NCBI GenBank assembly: GCA_900234795.1
Contig: LT962688.1
Location: 5,460,001 to 5,492,000, forward strand
Origin: Methylorubrum extorquens
GTDB lineage: Bacteria > Pseudomonadota > Alphaproteobacteria > Rhizobiales > Beijerinckiaceae
Length of the DNA stretch: 32,000 bases
Direction of reading: 5' to 3'
Below the pieces are notes generated by a model. The model saw nothing but the letters and a program-made list of their open reading frames with translations. It did not search any database and was not told the DNA's origin. Position 1 is the stretch's first letter. Every line of letters begins with the position of its first letter. A program made the position numbers and the translations under genes. This document shows positions 1-9,246 of this stretch, piece by piece.

Positions 1-689
1 CAGCGGTAGATGCGTGGCTCGTCGCGTTCGGCCCAATAAGCTGCCGCCTTAGCCTCGGCCTCCTCGTCCACCGGATGGTTGTCGGTGAACTGGATGCCAT
101 TATCCGTCAGCACCGTGTGGATCGTGTACGGCACGGCGGCGACCAGATCGTGTAGAAAGGCTGCCGCGATCCGTTGAGTTGCTCGTCCGTGCAGTTGAAC
201 GAATGCGAACTTGCTCGTGCGATCGATGGCCACGAACAGGTGCAGCTTGCCCTGTTCCGTGCTGACCTGTGCGATGTCGATGTGAAAGTAGCCGATCGGG
301 TAGGCCTTGAAGCGCGACCGCTTAGGCTTGTCGCCGTCCACATCCGGCAGGCGGCTGATGCCGTGACGCTGCAGGCAGCGGTGGAGTGACGAGCGGGTCA
401 GATGCGGCAGGCTCGGCTGCAGCGCGTAGAGGCAGTCGTCGAGCGGCAGCAGGGTGTGCCGCCGGAAGGCGACGATGACCGCCTCGTCCTCCAGGCTGAG
501 CACGCTGGAGCGGGGCTCCTTCGGACCCATCCGGGCATCCGTGCTGGTCTGGCGTGAGCGCCACTTCTGCACCGTCGTGGGGCTGATGCCGTAGCGCTTG
601 GCAGCGGCCCTCACGCTCTCTTGACGAGCTTGGATTGCCCGACGGACCGTCTCAGTCGTCGTGGCGCTGCCGTGGAGAACTTGTCCCAT
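1..689 (-). CDS. IS481-family transposase, N-terminal ~229 codons (ORF runs off the left window edge)
   Basis: I checked every codon by hand. The minus-strand frame from ATG 689 to position 3 has no stop; it is probably missing from the ORF track because it has no stop inside the window. Translation: MGQVLHGSATTTETVRRAIQARQESVRAAAKRYGISPTTVQKWRSRQ...LEDEAVIVAFRRHTLLPLDDCLYALQPSLPHLTRSSLHRCLQRHGISRLP...FKAYPIGYFHIDIAQVSTEQGKLHLFVAIDRTSKFAFVQLH...VPYTIHTVLTDNGIQFT. This is an HTH followed by the start of a DDE integrase core, as in IS481-family transposases. Confidence 0.85.
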   Translation of the reverse strand, partial: MGQVLHGSATTTETVRRAIQARQESVRAAAKRYGISPTTVQKWRSRQTSTDARMGPKEPRSSVLSLEDEAVIVAFRRHTLLPLDDCLYALQPSLPHLTRSSLHRCLQRHGISRLPDVDGDKPKRSRFKAYPIGYFHIDIAQVSTEQGKLHLFVAIDRTSKFAFVQLHGRATQRIAAAFLHDLVAAVPYTIHTVLTDNGIQFTDNHPVDEEAEAKAAAYWAERDEPRIYR

Positions 690-941
690 AGCGCGTCCCT
701 CCATGCGGCATCAGTTGTATCACCACACAGCGGGACCGAACACCAAAACTCGCCCATTGGCTTCTCCCTCACCCGGAAGAAATCACAGGCACACCCGCCA
801 AGCCGAACTTATGGGTCCGGAGCCTAGAACGGACTTCGGCCGGCAGGCGCTTGGACGTCTGTTCGGACGTACCGTCTAGCGTTCTACATCAAGGGACCCG
901 AAGGATCAGGCGGACAGAAGCAGCGTTCCGCCGGACGCCGG

Positions 942-1562
942 CTACAAGGGACGCGCTTTGCCACGACTTAGATGTGCGAAAGGCTTCGGCGTTCGCGGTA
1001 GGTAGTATTCCTCGACCTCTTCGATCGCGAACCCCGCCGCGCGCAGTGAGCCGAGGACAGGACGATTGAGGTTGCAGCCAACCGCGAGTGGACGCCAGAG
1101 CGGGTTCAGACGGTTCTGCCAGCGTACGACCGCCGCATCCCCGGACAGGCCGTGCTCCAGGAACAGCAGACGCCCCTCGGGCCGCAGGAGGCGCCGGATC
1201 TCGCTCAAACACTGCGCTGCGTCCTGCACGGAGCAGAGCGTGAAGGTGACGATCGCCGTGTCGACCGACCGCGACGGCAGCTGTATTGCCTCTGCCGCCT
1301 CCTGCCGGATCTCGACCGGCACGCGGGCTGCCTCCCGGCGCGACCGGCCCAGCTTAAGAAACGCGGCGTGCGGGTCGACGCCGATCACCCTGGTCACACG
1401 AGCAGGATCGTACAGGGGCAGATTGAGGCCCGGCCCGATGCCGATTTCCAAGACGACGCCCTCTGCTGCTGGTACGATTTTCTCTCGCTCAGCTCGGATA
1501 TCCGCGGCCCCGCAGACGCAACTCACCAGGCGGGGCCCGACATGACGCTCGTAGAAGCCCAT
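942..1562 (-). CDS. class I SAM-dependent methyltransferase (Methyltransf_11-like)
   Basis: Track ORF 942..1622, with the start trimmed to ATG 1562, which follows a GGGAGGGA Shine-Dalgarno. Contains the SAM-binding motif VLEIGIGPGLNL and a later LLRPEGRLLFLEHG motif. Confidence 0.85.
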   Translation of the reverse strand: MGFYERHVGPRLVSCVCGAADIRAEREKIVPAAEGVVLEIGIGPGLNLPLYDPARVTRVIGVDPHAAFLKLGRSRREAARVPVEIRQEAAEAIQLPSRSVDTAIVTFTLCSVQDAAQCLSEIRRLLRPEGRLLFLEHGLSGDAAVVRWQNRLNPLWRPLAVGCNLNRPVLGSLRAAGFAIEEVEEYYLPRTPKPFAHLSRGKARPL

Positions 1563-1608
1563 TGGTCCCTCCCATGAAAACCTTCTCCCTCGGCCAAACC
1601 GGCAACGG

Positions 1609-2583
1609 TCATTGGCGCCCATTCTGGACAGCCGCCGAAGCCTCTTCGAAGCAGGCCTCGCAGATGGCGGCGATGTGCCGGTGATCGGTGCCGCAGCAGC
1701 CGCCGAGAACCGTTAGGCCGGGCAGGCGCTTTCGGAGAGCGGCATAGCGGCGCGCTAGGTCTGCGGGGTCGCCAATGTCGAGCTCGGTGGCGGCATCGAG
1801 TTCGGCATGGCTCTTCGTCGAGGCGTTGGCCCGTAACCCTCGGAGCCGTTCGAGCCAAGGTTCTTGCTCCGCCAGAACAGTCTCGAAATGCGCCGGGTGC
1901 GCGCAGTTGATCATGTAGTAAGCCGGGTAGGCCTCCGTGGCCGCATCGGTCTGCCGGACCGCGGAACCGAGTGTCTGCCCCGACGGCAGGCGACCATCGG
2001 TCTCAAGCGTGAAGGAGATCACCACCGGCATGCCTGCCGCTTGGGCCGCCCGGACAACGCCGACGGCTTCCGCGACCGAGGTCATTGTGACCGCGCTGAC
2101 CATATCGGCCTCTCCGGCGGCGAAGACCTCGACCTGGGGGCGGTGGTAATCGGCGGCCTGGTCGACTGACATTGCGGCTTCGGGCCTGTAGCCGTCTCCG
2201 CGCGGTCCGATCACACCGTTGAGAACAAGCGGCAGATCGTCCGCGGCATGGCGATGCCGCAGTGCTGCGACAAACTTGATGGCTTCGCGATTTACCTCGG
2301 CAAGGGCGTCGATATCGAGGCCGAGCTGCATGCCCCAGTCGGGGTTGGCCCGCCACGTCGGCGTGTCCAGGATCATACCTGCCTGATAACGCTTGGCGAT
2401 TTCGATGTAGGGTTCGAAGAAGCGCAGAAGTCGGCTCCGGCCAGCCTCCGTGCCGAGCAGCGGAAACGCCGCGAAGCAGGGCAGTTCGACCCCCTCCAAG
2501 AACACGAGGGTGGTCTCTAGACCGCCATCAGTCAGAAACGGACGACCGTTAAGCTGGGGCAGGGCATTGCGAGACAGGGGCAT
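1609..2583 (-). CDS. homocysteine S-methyltransferase family protein
   Basis: These are the last 324 codons of the 443-aa track ORF; the upstream part of that ORF reads through the mini-IS and is spurious. ATG 2583 is preceded by GGAGG. Motifs: FLTDGGLETTLVF, MINCAHP and VLGGCCGTDHRHI (Zn-ligand cysteines of the Pfam S-methyl_trans / MmuM-BHMT fold). Confidence 0.85.
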   Translation of the reverse strand: MPLSRNALPQLNGRPFLTDGGLETTLVFLEGVELPCFAAFPLLGTEAGRSRLLRFFEPYIEIAKRYQAGMILDTPTWRANPDWGMQLGLDIDALAEVNREAIKFVAALRHRHAADDLPLVLNGVIGPRGDGYRPEAAMSVDQAADYHRPQVEVFAAGEADMVSAVTMTSVAEAVGVVRAAQAAGMPVVISFTLETDGRLPSGQTLGSAVRQTDAATEAYPAYYMINCAHPAHFETVLAEQEPWLERLRGLRANASTKSHAELDAATELDIGDPADLARRYAALRKRLPGLTVLGGCCGTDHRHIAAICEACFEEASAAVQNGRQ

Positions 2584-2727
2584 CGCGCCTCCGGAGCGGG
2601 GAAACCGATCCCGAAGGCTGTGCGGGCGGCTGCCATTCCCAGCGAGTCCGCAATCTCCTCCCGCAAGCCGCCTCAAGTCAAGATTGTGATCGATCGAGTG
2701 AAGCGGCAGACGGAAGGCATTTGAAGG

Positions 2728-3142
2728 TGACCTGACCGGTATTTTGGACCGGGCCAGATGGGAGGCTACTGCATGGTAGTGGCCATGGGTAGCCGGTAGG
2801 CCAGATCCGGGAAGGTGACAGGCGCGGGCGGCCGGTAGCCCAGCGACGAATGCGGCCGGACACAGTTGTAGGTGTTCTGCCATAGGCCAATCACGACCTG
2901 TGCTTCTCTCAGCGAGTAGAAAATCTCCTGGCGTAGGCACTCGTCACGAAGCTCTGCTCGGAGACATCCGCCTCCTTGCATGCCAACGCCAAACTCTTGC
3001 CCTGGGCGGTCTGTACCTCGATCTGGCGCAGCATCAGCACGACCTGCTCCGCGCTCGGCTTCCGTCCTCGCTTCATTCCCAACTCCTCTGATCCAGGCTG
3101 ATCCTCTCAATCAGCCCGGTCCAAAGCCAGCCGGTCAGGTCA
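2728..3142 (-). mobile_element. 415-bp internally deleted (miniature, non-autonomous) IS3-family element, copy A
   Basis: Terminal inverted repeats TGACCTGACCGG(T/C)... lie at both ends (2728 and 3142). The interior is the first ~43 codons of orfA (MKRGRKPSAEQVVLMLRQIEVQTAQGKSLALACKEADVSEQSF) fused to the last ~60 codons of orfB (LRDECLRQEIFYSLREAQVVIGLWQNTYNCVRPHSSLGYRPPAP...). It is colinear with 10142..10556 in inverse orientation. Confidence 0.85.
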
Positions 3143-3260
3143 ATCACGCGTGTTCACCGCTTTGAAGCGGCTGCCGTCGAGTGCCACGACACCACCGGCC
3201 AGAAGGCCGAGTTGTCGGCACAGCACCACGAACTGACGACAGGCGACCTGGATCGCAGGA
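3143..3260 (-). pseudogene. IS1182-like transposase scrap (~40 codons)
   Basis: The minus-strand translation ...AIQVACRQFVVLCRQLGLLAGGVVALDGSRFKAVNTRD matches the conserved (V/I)A(L/I)DGS(K/R)FKAVN block of IS1182-type DDE transposases, recalled from memory and not searched. It is cut at 3143 by the mini-IS and has no start or end of its own. Confidence 0.5.
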
Positions 3261-3274
3261 CTGTTGTCACGCCG

Positions 3275-3607
3275 TCACCTGCCAATGGCTTGCTGCGCGA
3301 GGCGGGTCGCCAGCGTGTAATCCGCCTCGATGGCCATGATCACGATGAAGATCAGCAGCGCCGCCGGAGGGATTAGGATCACGTAGATCAGAGCCACGCG
3401 CTCCCAGGCGAGGTGCATGAAGACCGCAACGATCAATCCTGCTTTGACGATCATGAAGAGGAGGATCAGAGACCAGCGCAACCCGCCTTGCAAGTGCAGA
3501 TAATCGACGAGGTAGGAGCAGGCGCTGAGCACGAACAGCCATGCCCACACCACGAGGTAGAGCCCGATCGGGTGGGCTTGCTCGGTCGCCCGGGCCGTCG
3601 CCTGCAT
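3275..3607 (-). CDS. cytochrome c oxidase subunit IV family small membrane protein
   Basis: 110 aa with three hydrophobic helices (IGLYLVVWAWLFVLSACSYLV, LILLFMIVKAGLIVAVFMHL, LIYVILIPPAALLIFIVIMAI). It starts 9 nt after the subunit III stop, behind GGAGGGGG, and is the last gene of the oxidase cluster. Confidence 0.7.
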   Translation of the reverse strand: MQATARATEQAHPIGLYLVVWAWLFVLSACSYLVDYLHLQGGLRWSLILLFMIVKAGLIVAVFMHLAWERVALIYVILIPPAALLIFIVIMAIEADYTLATRLAQQAIGR

Positions 3608-3616
3608 GGCCCCCTC

Positions 3617-4354
3617 CTACCAGAGATAGAACAACGCGAAGATGAAGACCCACACGAGGTCGACGAAGTGCCAGTACAGGCCCATGATCTCGACGTTCTC
3701 GTAGCCGCCCGGGCGGCTCGTGAAGTAGCCACGCCGGCCGGTATCGAAGTCGCCGCGCCACACCTTGCGGCCCATCACGAGGAGCGCGATCACCCCGATG
3801 GTGACGTGGGTGCCGTGGAACCCCGTGATCATGAAGAAGGCCGAGCCGAACTGTTCGGCGCCCCAGGGATTTGCCCAGGGGCGGACGCCTTCGTGGATCA
3901 GCTTCGTCCACTCGAAGGCCTGCATGCCCACGAAGGTGGCCCCCAGCAGCGCGGTCAGGCCAATCAGGAGCGCCGTGGTCCGGCGGCTGCGGCGGTAGCC
4001 GAGCGCGACGGCCATTGCCATCGTGCCGCTGCTCGAGATCAGCACGAAGGTCATGATCGCGATGAGAAGGAGGGGCCAGGGCTTGCCAGCGATCTCGATG
4101 GCGAAGACCTGGCTCGGGTTCGGCCAGGGCACGGGCGTCGACATGCGCACCGTCATGTAGCCGATCAGGAAACATCCGAACACGAAGGTGTCGCTGAGAA
4201 GGAAGATCCACATCATGGCCTTACGCCAGGATGCGCCGGCGAAGACCTGCCGATCGCCTGCCCACTCGGCCGAAAGACGGGCCAGGCGCGTCGGCGGCAG
4301 GTTCGAGGGCGGTCCTTGGAGGGCGGCGCCGTGGCCGGCTGTGGTGTGGGTCAT
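3617..4354 (-). CDS. cytochrome c oxidase subunit III
   Basis: 245 aa. Hallmark C-terminal half: FFMITGFHGTHVTIGVIALLV...NVEIMGLYWHFVDLVWVFIFALFYLW. Confidence 0.9.
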   Translation of the reverse strand: MTHTTAGHGAALQGPPSNLPPTRLARLSAEWAGDRQVFAGASWRKAMMWIFLLSDTFVFGCFLIGYMTVRMSTPVPWPNPSQVFAIEIAGKPWPLLLIAIMTFVLISSSGTMAMAVALGYRRSRRTTALLIGLTALLGATFVGMQAFEWTKLIHEGVRPWANPWGAEQFGSAFFMITGFHGTHVTIGVIALLVMGRKVWRGDFDTGRRGYFTSRPGGYENVEIMGLYWHFVDLVWVFIFALFYLW

Positions 4355-4373
4355 GGGGCAGCCTCGCGAGGCA

Positions 4374-5072
4374 TCAACCGGGCCGGCACAGGGCGTCGAT
4401 CAGTCCCGACCAGGGGGTTCGGAACAGGAGCCCGAACAGCACCAGCCAGACCGCCAGAAGGGCGTCCCAGTACAGGGTGCAGAGTGCGGTGCCCGGCTCC
4501 AGGCGCGGGGGACGCGGCAGGAGAGCGGCCCGAGCGGTGATCCACGCGAGGGCAACGAGGCCGGCCAGGATGTGTAGGCCGTGCAGCGCCGTGATCAGGC
4601 AGAAGAAGGCGGCCGCCGCGTCGGGTCCCTGCGCGTGTCCCGCTTGCCAGAGCGCGTGCCACGCAAATGCCTGGCCCCCGAGGAACCCCAGGCCTGCCGC
4701 CGAGGCAAAGCCGAGAGCGGCGGTAGCTTCCTCCTCCCGCCCGCGCCGCGCCGCGGCGCGAGCCCCGTGCAAGGCGAGACTCGCACCCGCAAGCAGGCTC
4801 GTGGTGAGCCAGAGCAACCGCGGATTGAGCGGAACGAGCGCCGTTCCTGGAACGCGCATGGCGTAGGCTGCCACCAGAAGTGAAAAGAGCAGTCCCGCGC
4901 TGGCGAGAAAGATGCTTAGGCCGAGTCTCGTCGGGGAGGTGGTGGCAGCGGGCGCCACGAGCGGGTGCGGAGAGCCGACGGCGAGCCAGGGCCGGTCCGC
5001 GAGGTGCTGCCGCGCGAGCCAGCGCGCGGCAAAAGCGCCGAGAACGGCAAGATAGGCGAGGACCAAGCTCAC
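4374..5072 (-). CDS. short cytochrome c oxidase subunit III-like membrane protein (second SU-III paralogue, CoxO-like)
   Basis: C-terminal part of the chimeric 709-aa track ORF. GTG 5072 overlaps the subunit I stop as GTGA (5069-5072). Polytopic, with SU-III-like segments [23 protein letters not shown] and [18 protein letters not shown]. Confidence 0.7.
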   Translation of the reverse strand: MSLVLAYLAVLGAFAARWLARQHLADRPWLAVGSPHPLVAPAATTSPTRLGLSIFLASAGLLFSLLVAAYAMRVPGTALVPLNPRLLWLTTSLLAGASLALHGARAAARRGREEEATAALGFASAAGLGFLGGQAFAWHALWQAGHAQGPDAAAAFFCLITALHGLHILAGLVALAWITARAALLPRPPRLEPGTALCTLYWDALLAVWLVLFGLLFRTPWSGLIDALCRPG

Positions 5073-6846
5073 GGTACAGCCCCCGCACGGACGGGGGCCG
5101 GCTGGTTCTGCGGCACGAAGTCTTCCGGCGCGCCGGGCACGCTGTAGTCGTAGGGCCAGCGGTAGACGACTGGCAGGGCCGGACCCCAGTTGCCGTGCGG
5201 CGGTGGCGTCTCCGGCGTTTGCCACTCGAGCGTCGTCGCACGCCAAGGATTGCCGCCCGCGGGCGCGCCATGCCTCAGGCTGCGCAGGAGGTTGAACAGG
5301 AACACGATCTGCGCGGCCCCGACGACGAAGGCCACCAGGCTGATGAAGGCGTTTAGCGTCTCGGCGGACGGCGGCACGAAGCCGAGCCCGGCGGTCTCGT
5401 AGTAGCGCCGTGGCACCCCGAGTAAGCCGAGATAGTGCATGGGGAAGAAGATCGCGTAGGCACCCAGGAAGGTGATCCAGAAATGGATCTGACCGAGGCG
5501 CGCGTCGAGCATGCAACCGGTCACCTTCGGGTACCAGTGATAGAGCCCGCCAAAGATCACTAGGATCGGGGCGACGCCCATCACCATGTGGAAATGGGCG
5601 ACGACGAACATCGTGTCGGAGAGCGGCACATCGACGACGACGTTGCCGAGGAACAGGCCAGTGAGACCGCCGTTCAGGAACGTGACGATGAAGGCGATCG
5701 CGAACAGCATCGGCACGGTCAGGTGGATATCGCCGCGCCAGAGGGTCAGGACCCAGTTGTAGACCTTGATGGCTGTGGGGATCGCGATAATCAGCGTCGT
5801 CGTCGCAAAGAAGAAGCCGAAATACGGATTCATGCCGCTGACGTACATGTGGTGCGCCCAGACGACGAAGCTCAGAACGCCGATGGCCAGGATCGCCCAG
5901 ACCATCATTCGGTAACCGAAGATGTTCTTGCGGGCATGGGTGCTGATCAGGTCGGAGACGATGCCGAACGCGGGCAGCGCCACGATGTAGACCTCGGGAT
6001 GACCGAAGAACCAGAACAGATGTTGGAACAGGATCGGGCTGCCGCCGCCGTAGCGCAGGCGCTGGCCCGCCTCGATGATGGCCGGCATGAAGAAGCTCGT
6101 GCCGAGCAGACGGTCGAGCAGCATCATCACGGCACCGACGAGCAGCGCCGGAAAGGCGAGCAGCGCCAGAACGGTCGCCGTGAAGATCCCCCCAGACCGT
6201 CAGCGGCATGCGCATCAGCGTCATGCCGGGCGCGCGCGCCTGCAGCACCGTCACGACGTAATTCACGCCGCCCATGGTGAAGCCTGCGATGAACAGGATG
6301 AGCGAGACGAGCATCAGGACAATGCCCCACTCCTGCCCAGGGGTTCCTGCCAGGATGGATTGGGGCGGGTAGAGGGTCCAGCCGGCGCCAGTCGGCCCTC
6401 CTGGGGCGAAGAAGCTGGCCACGAGAACCAGGACGGCCAAGAGGTAGATCCAGTAACTCAGCATGTTCAGGTACGGGAAGACCATGTCCCGCGCGCCGAG
6501 CATCAGGGGGGATCAGGTAATTGCCGAACCCGCCGAGGAACACCGCCGTGAGCATGTACACGACCATGATCATGCCGTGCATGGTGATCAACTGATAATA
6601 CTCGGCAGGGCCAATGAAGGTGGCCAGGCCCGGGAATCCGAGCTGCAATCGTATAAACCAGGATAGGATCAAGGCGACGAAACCGATTGCCAGAGCGGTG
6701 CCGGCATACTGGATGGCGATGACCTTAGCGTCCTGGCTGAAGACGTAACGGGTCCACCAACTGTGCGGATGGTAGAGGTCGTCTGCTTCAGGAAGAAGGG
6801 GAGATCCGCCCTGCGGACCGGTAATCGCGTCCGACATGGCCGTCAC
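5069..6846 (-). pseudogene. ctaD: cytochrome c oxidase subunit I, interrupted by two +1 frameshifts (or two homopolymer sequencing errors)
   Basis: The protein is spread over three frames. Frame 1, 6846 to ~6509: MTAMSD...ITMHGMIMVVYMLTAVFLGGFGNYLIP. Frame 2, ~6508 to 6191: LMLGARDMVFPYLNMLSYW...GWTLYPP...MRMPLTVWG. Frame 3, 6190 to 5069: [26 protein letters not shown]...[14 protein letters not shown]...HFHMVMG.... The shifts fall in G6 at 6506-6511 and C6 at 6188-6193. Removing one base from each run restores a ~592-aa ORF. Confidence 0.9.
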
Positions 6847-7682
6847 CGCGCGTCTATCGCCGGCCGGTGGAGGCCGGCCTCATGCGTGCTGGTGGATCGT
6901 GCAGCGCGTTGCGAGAAGGTTTTCTGCCGGTCGAGCCATGCGCGGAAGGTGGGCTCATCCTCGACGACGACGCGACCGCGCATCGCGTAGTGGCTGGAGC
7001 CGCAGACCTCGTTGCAGATGGCGTCGAAGCTGCCCGTCCGGCTCGGCGTGAACCACAGGTGGGTCACCATGCCGGGAATGATGTCCATCTTGGCACGGAA
7101 TTCCGGGACGTAGAAATTGTGAACTACATCGTAGGAGCGCATCAGGAGCTTCACGGGCTGGCCAAGGGCCAGGTGCAGATCGCCCCCGTCGATCACGACG
7201 TCGTCCTGGCCAGCACTGTCCTGGGGATCGAGGCCGAGCGGATTGTCATCCCCGACATGGCGGATATCGGCGGCGCCCAGGCGGCCGTCGGTTCCGGGCA
7301 GGCGAAAGCTCCACCGCCATTGTTGAGCGAGGATCTCGATTTCGGCGGCGTCCGGCGGCGTTCGCACGAACTGGCTCCAGACGACGAGGCCCGGAGCGAG
7401 CATGGCGGCGATGCCGAGCGCCGTTACCGCGGTGAGCCAGGCCTCTAGGCGCGGACTCTCCGGCTCGTAGGCGGCGCGCCGCCCCGGCCGATGCCGGAAG
7501 CGCCACAGGCAGTAGGCCATGAACAGCACGATTATGATAAAGACCGCGCCGGTAATCCAGAACGTGATGATCAGCGTTGTGTCGATGTAGCTCCAGTTCG
7601 ACGCGATCGGCGTCCACCACCACGGGCTCAACAGGTGGAACGCCACGGAGCCGATGGCAATCAGGACCAGGATCAGCGCCAT
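6843..7682 (-). CDS. coxB: cytochrome c oxidase subunit II
   Basis: 279 aa with two N-terminal TM helices and the CuA motif HNFYVPEF...CNEVCGSSHYAM. Its stop overlaps the subunit I GTG start as GTGA (6843-6846). Confidence 0.9.
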   Translation of the reverse strand: MALILVLIAIGSVAFHLLSPWWWTPIASNWSYIDTTLIITFWITGAVFIIIVLFMAYCLWRFRHRPGRRAAYEPESPRLEAWLTAVTALGIAAMLAPGLVVWSQFVRTPPDAAEIEILAQQWRWSFRLPGTDGRLGAADIRHVGDDNPLGLDPQDSAGQDDVVIDGGDLHLALGQPVKLLMRSYDVVHNFYVPEFRAKMDIIPGMVTHLWFTPSRTGSFDAICNEVCGSSHYAMRGRVVVEDEPTFRAWLDRQKTFSQRAARSTSTHEAGLHRPAIDAR

Positions 7683-7745
7683 CGCTTCCTCCCGCGCCCC
7701 GCCAAGCCGCCGGGGCAGGCCGTTGTGGTGCCGGGCGACGGGCCG

Positions 7746-8585
7746 TCAAGGCACGACGGCTCGCCGGTATAGATGCCACGAGGCATGTCCGAGGATCGGA
7801 AGAACCAGGGCAAGCCCCACGAAGAAGGGCAGCATCCCCAGGGCGAGGAGGCCCGCGACGATGAGCCCCCAGACCACCATCGTCCCCGGGTTCTGCTGAA
7901 CGAGAGCGACGGAGGTAGCGATGGCTGTCCCAGCCTCGGTGCCACGATCAATGATCAGCGGAAAGGAAACGGCGCTGATAGCCAGTGCAATGAGCGAGAA
8001 GGCCGCGCCGACGAGATTCCCGACAACGATGAGCATCCAGCCCCTCGGCGTCGTCAGAACCTCGTTCAGGAAGCCGAATATCGAGTCCTGACGCGCCTCC
8101 CCATAAAGAGTCCAGTACAAGGCCATTGCGGCGATCAACCAGGCGACGAACAGGAGCGAGAGAGTCAGGGCGACCACGCCGATGGCCTTTGCGGATTGAC
8201 CGGTCAGCGGCGCGTAAGCGTTCATCAAACCGATGTCGCAGCCCTGTTCCCGTCGTCGGCTCATCTCGTAGAGCCCGATCGCCGCGAAGGGGCCGAGCAG
8301 GGCGAAGCCCGACGCCAGCGGAAACATCAGCGGTACGAGGTCGTTCTCAAACGTCGCGGCCGCGATGAGCACACCCGCGACCGGGTAGATGGCGATGAGA
8401 AACAGGGCGTGTGTCGGCATGGCGACGAAATCGTCCAAGCCCTTCCGCAGGGCGAACCGCAAATCGTCAAGTCCGATGCGACGCACGCTCGCGCGCGCCA
8501 AATTTTGCGGGTGAGAAACAGGATATAGGCCGGCCATCGCATAGCCCTCCGTAGGGAAGACACGCTCGCGACTGACGTCAGACAT
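7746..8585 (-). CDS. DUF2189 domain-containing integral membrane protein (oxidase-associated)
   Basis: 279-aa polytopic protein: RRIGLDDLRFALRKGLDDFVAMPTHALFLIAIYPVAGVLIAAATF...LGPFAAIGLYEMSRRRE.... It resembles DUF2189 proteins that commonly precede coxB. The alternative start ATG 8537 has a better SD (GGAGGG). Confidence 0.8.
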   Translation of the reverse strand: MSDVSRERVFPTEGYAMAGLYPVSHPQNLARASVRRIGLDDLRFALRKGLDDFVAMPTHALFLIAIYPVAGVLIAAATFENDLVPLMFPLASGFALLGPFAAIGLYEMSRRREQGCDIGLMNAYAPLTGQSAKAIGVVALTLSLLFVAWLIAAMALYWTLYGEARQDSIFGFLNEVLTTPRGWMLIVVGNLVGAAFSLIALAISAVSFPLIIDRGTEAGTAIATSVALVQQNPGTMVVWGLIVAGLLALGMLPFFVGLALVLPILGHASWHLYRRAVVP

Positions 8586-9246
8586 CCCGTTGGACGCCTA
8601 TCGCTAAGCTTTCATGCGCAATCAGCCGTCTTTATAGCCGAATTAGGTCTGACTGTCGCGAAAATTTTTGCCCCTAGAATTTCGCTATGCGCGCGTTACG
8701 GGCTCTTCCTCCAAGCTGCTCTTGAGTCACGTTCACGTCCACGCAGCGAGTATGTTCCTCGAAGCGGCCCGTGGCAGCAGTCAGCCATACGACCCACCAG
8801 CGGCACAGCCATGCGCGGCGCCCTCCTGACCTAGCCCTTGGTGCTTCCGCTCCTCATGGCTCCTGCGACCGTGCAGACGGGCATTCCTTGGGAGCATGAA
8901 TCCCTTGAACTCTTGGACAGTCGGGGCCGGAAAGCGCTGGAGAAGTTCAGGAAACGGACGGTCCATGGTGACACGACAGCTTCTACTTGCTCACCATAGA
9001 GCTCTCCGGCAACGTTCTGTTCAACGCCGCGCATCCGCCTCGCTAGGGACGGAACTGGATCTATAAGCGCGACACCGACGGAAAACGCTTTCACGGAGAT
9101 TTCGTGGAACGCGTGAGTACCCAGGGGGCGGCCGAGTCGATTACATGTTTCCCAGGCCTAGGGGCACGATACCGGCTATGAAGTAGAGCTACCTTCGCGG
9201 CGTGACGATCGACGGGACGGCCGCGCTCGTCGGAGCGGACGCCTAA

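Noticed and set aside
2766-3110. 114-aa ORFs spanning each mini-IS (2766..3110 minus; 10174..10518 plus) as possible real proteins
   Set aside because: Only the C-terminal ~60 residues are genuine OrfB sequence. The N-terminal half reads the orfA segment out of frame, so these are chimeras created by the deletion. Both staying open is unsurprising over 50 GC-rich codons.
3267-5356. Long ORFs in the track overlapping the oxidase genes (3267..4211, 3413..4540, 4231..4866, 4351..5271, 4880..5356)
   Set aside because: They are Arg/Pro/Gly/Ala-rich translations with no motifs. They lie antisense or out of frame to strongly conserved SU III/SU III' genes. These are typical shadow ORFs of high-GC DNA.
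8586-9243. Possible gene(s) in the lower-GC spacer between DUF2189 and the dead IS5 (track ORFs 8781..8966 and 8831..9094; plus-strand fragments such as ...GRNWIYKRDTDGKRFHGDFVE...)
   Set aside because: The reading frames are short, interrupted by stops in every frame, lack SDs, and matched nothing I could recognise. This is probably decayed remnant DNA. I also looked here for an FNR/FixK-type TTGAT-N4-ATCAA box upstream of the oxidase cluster and did not find one.
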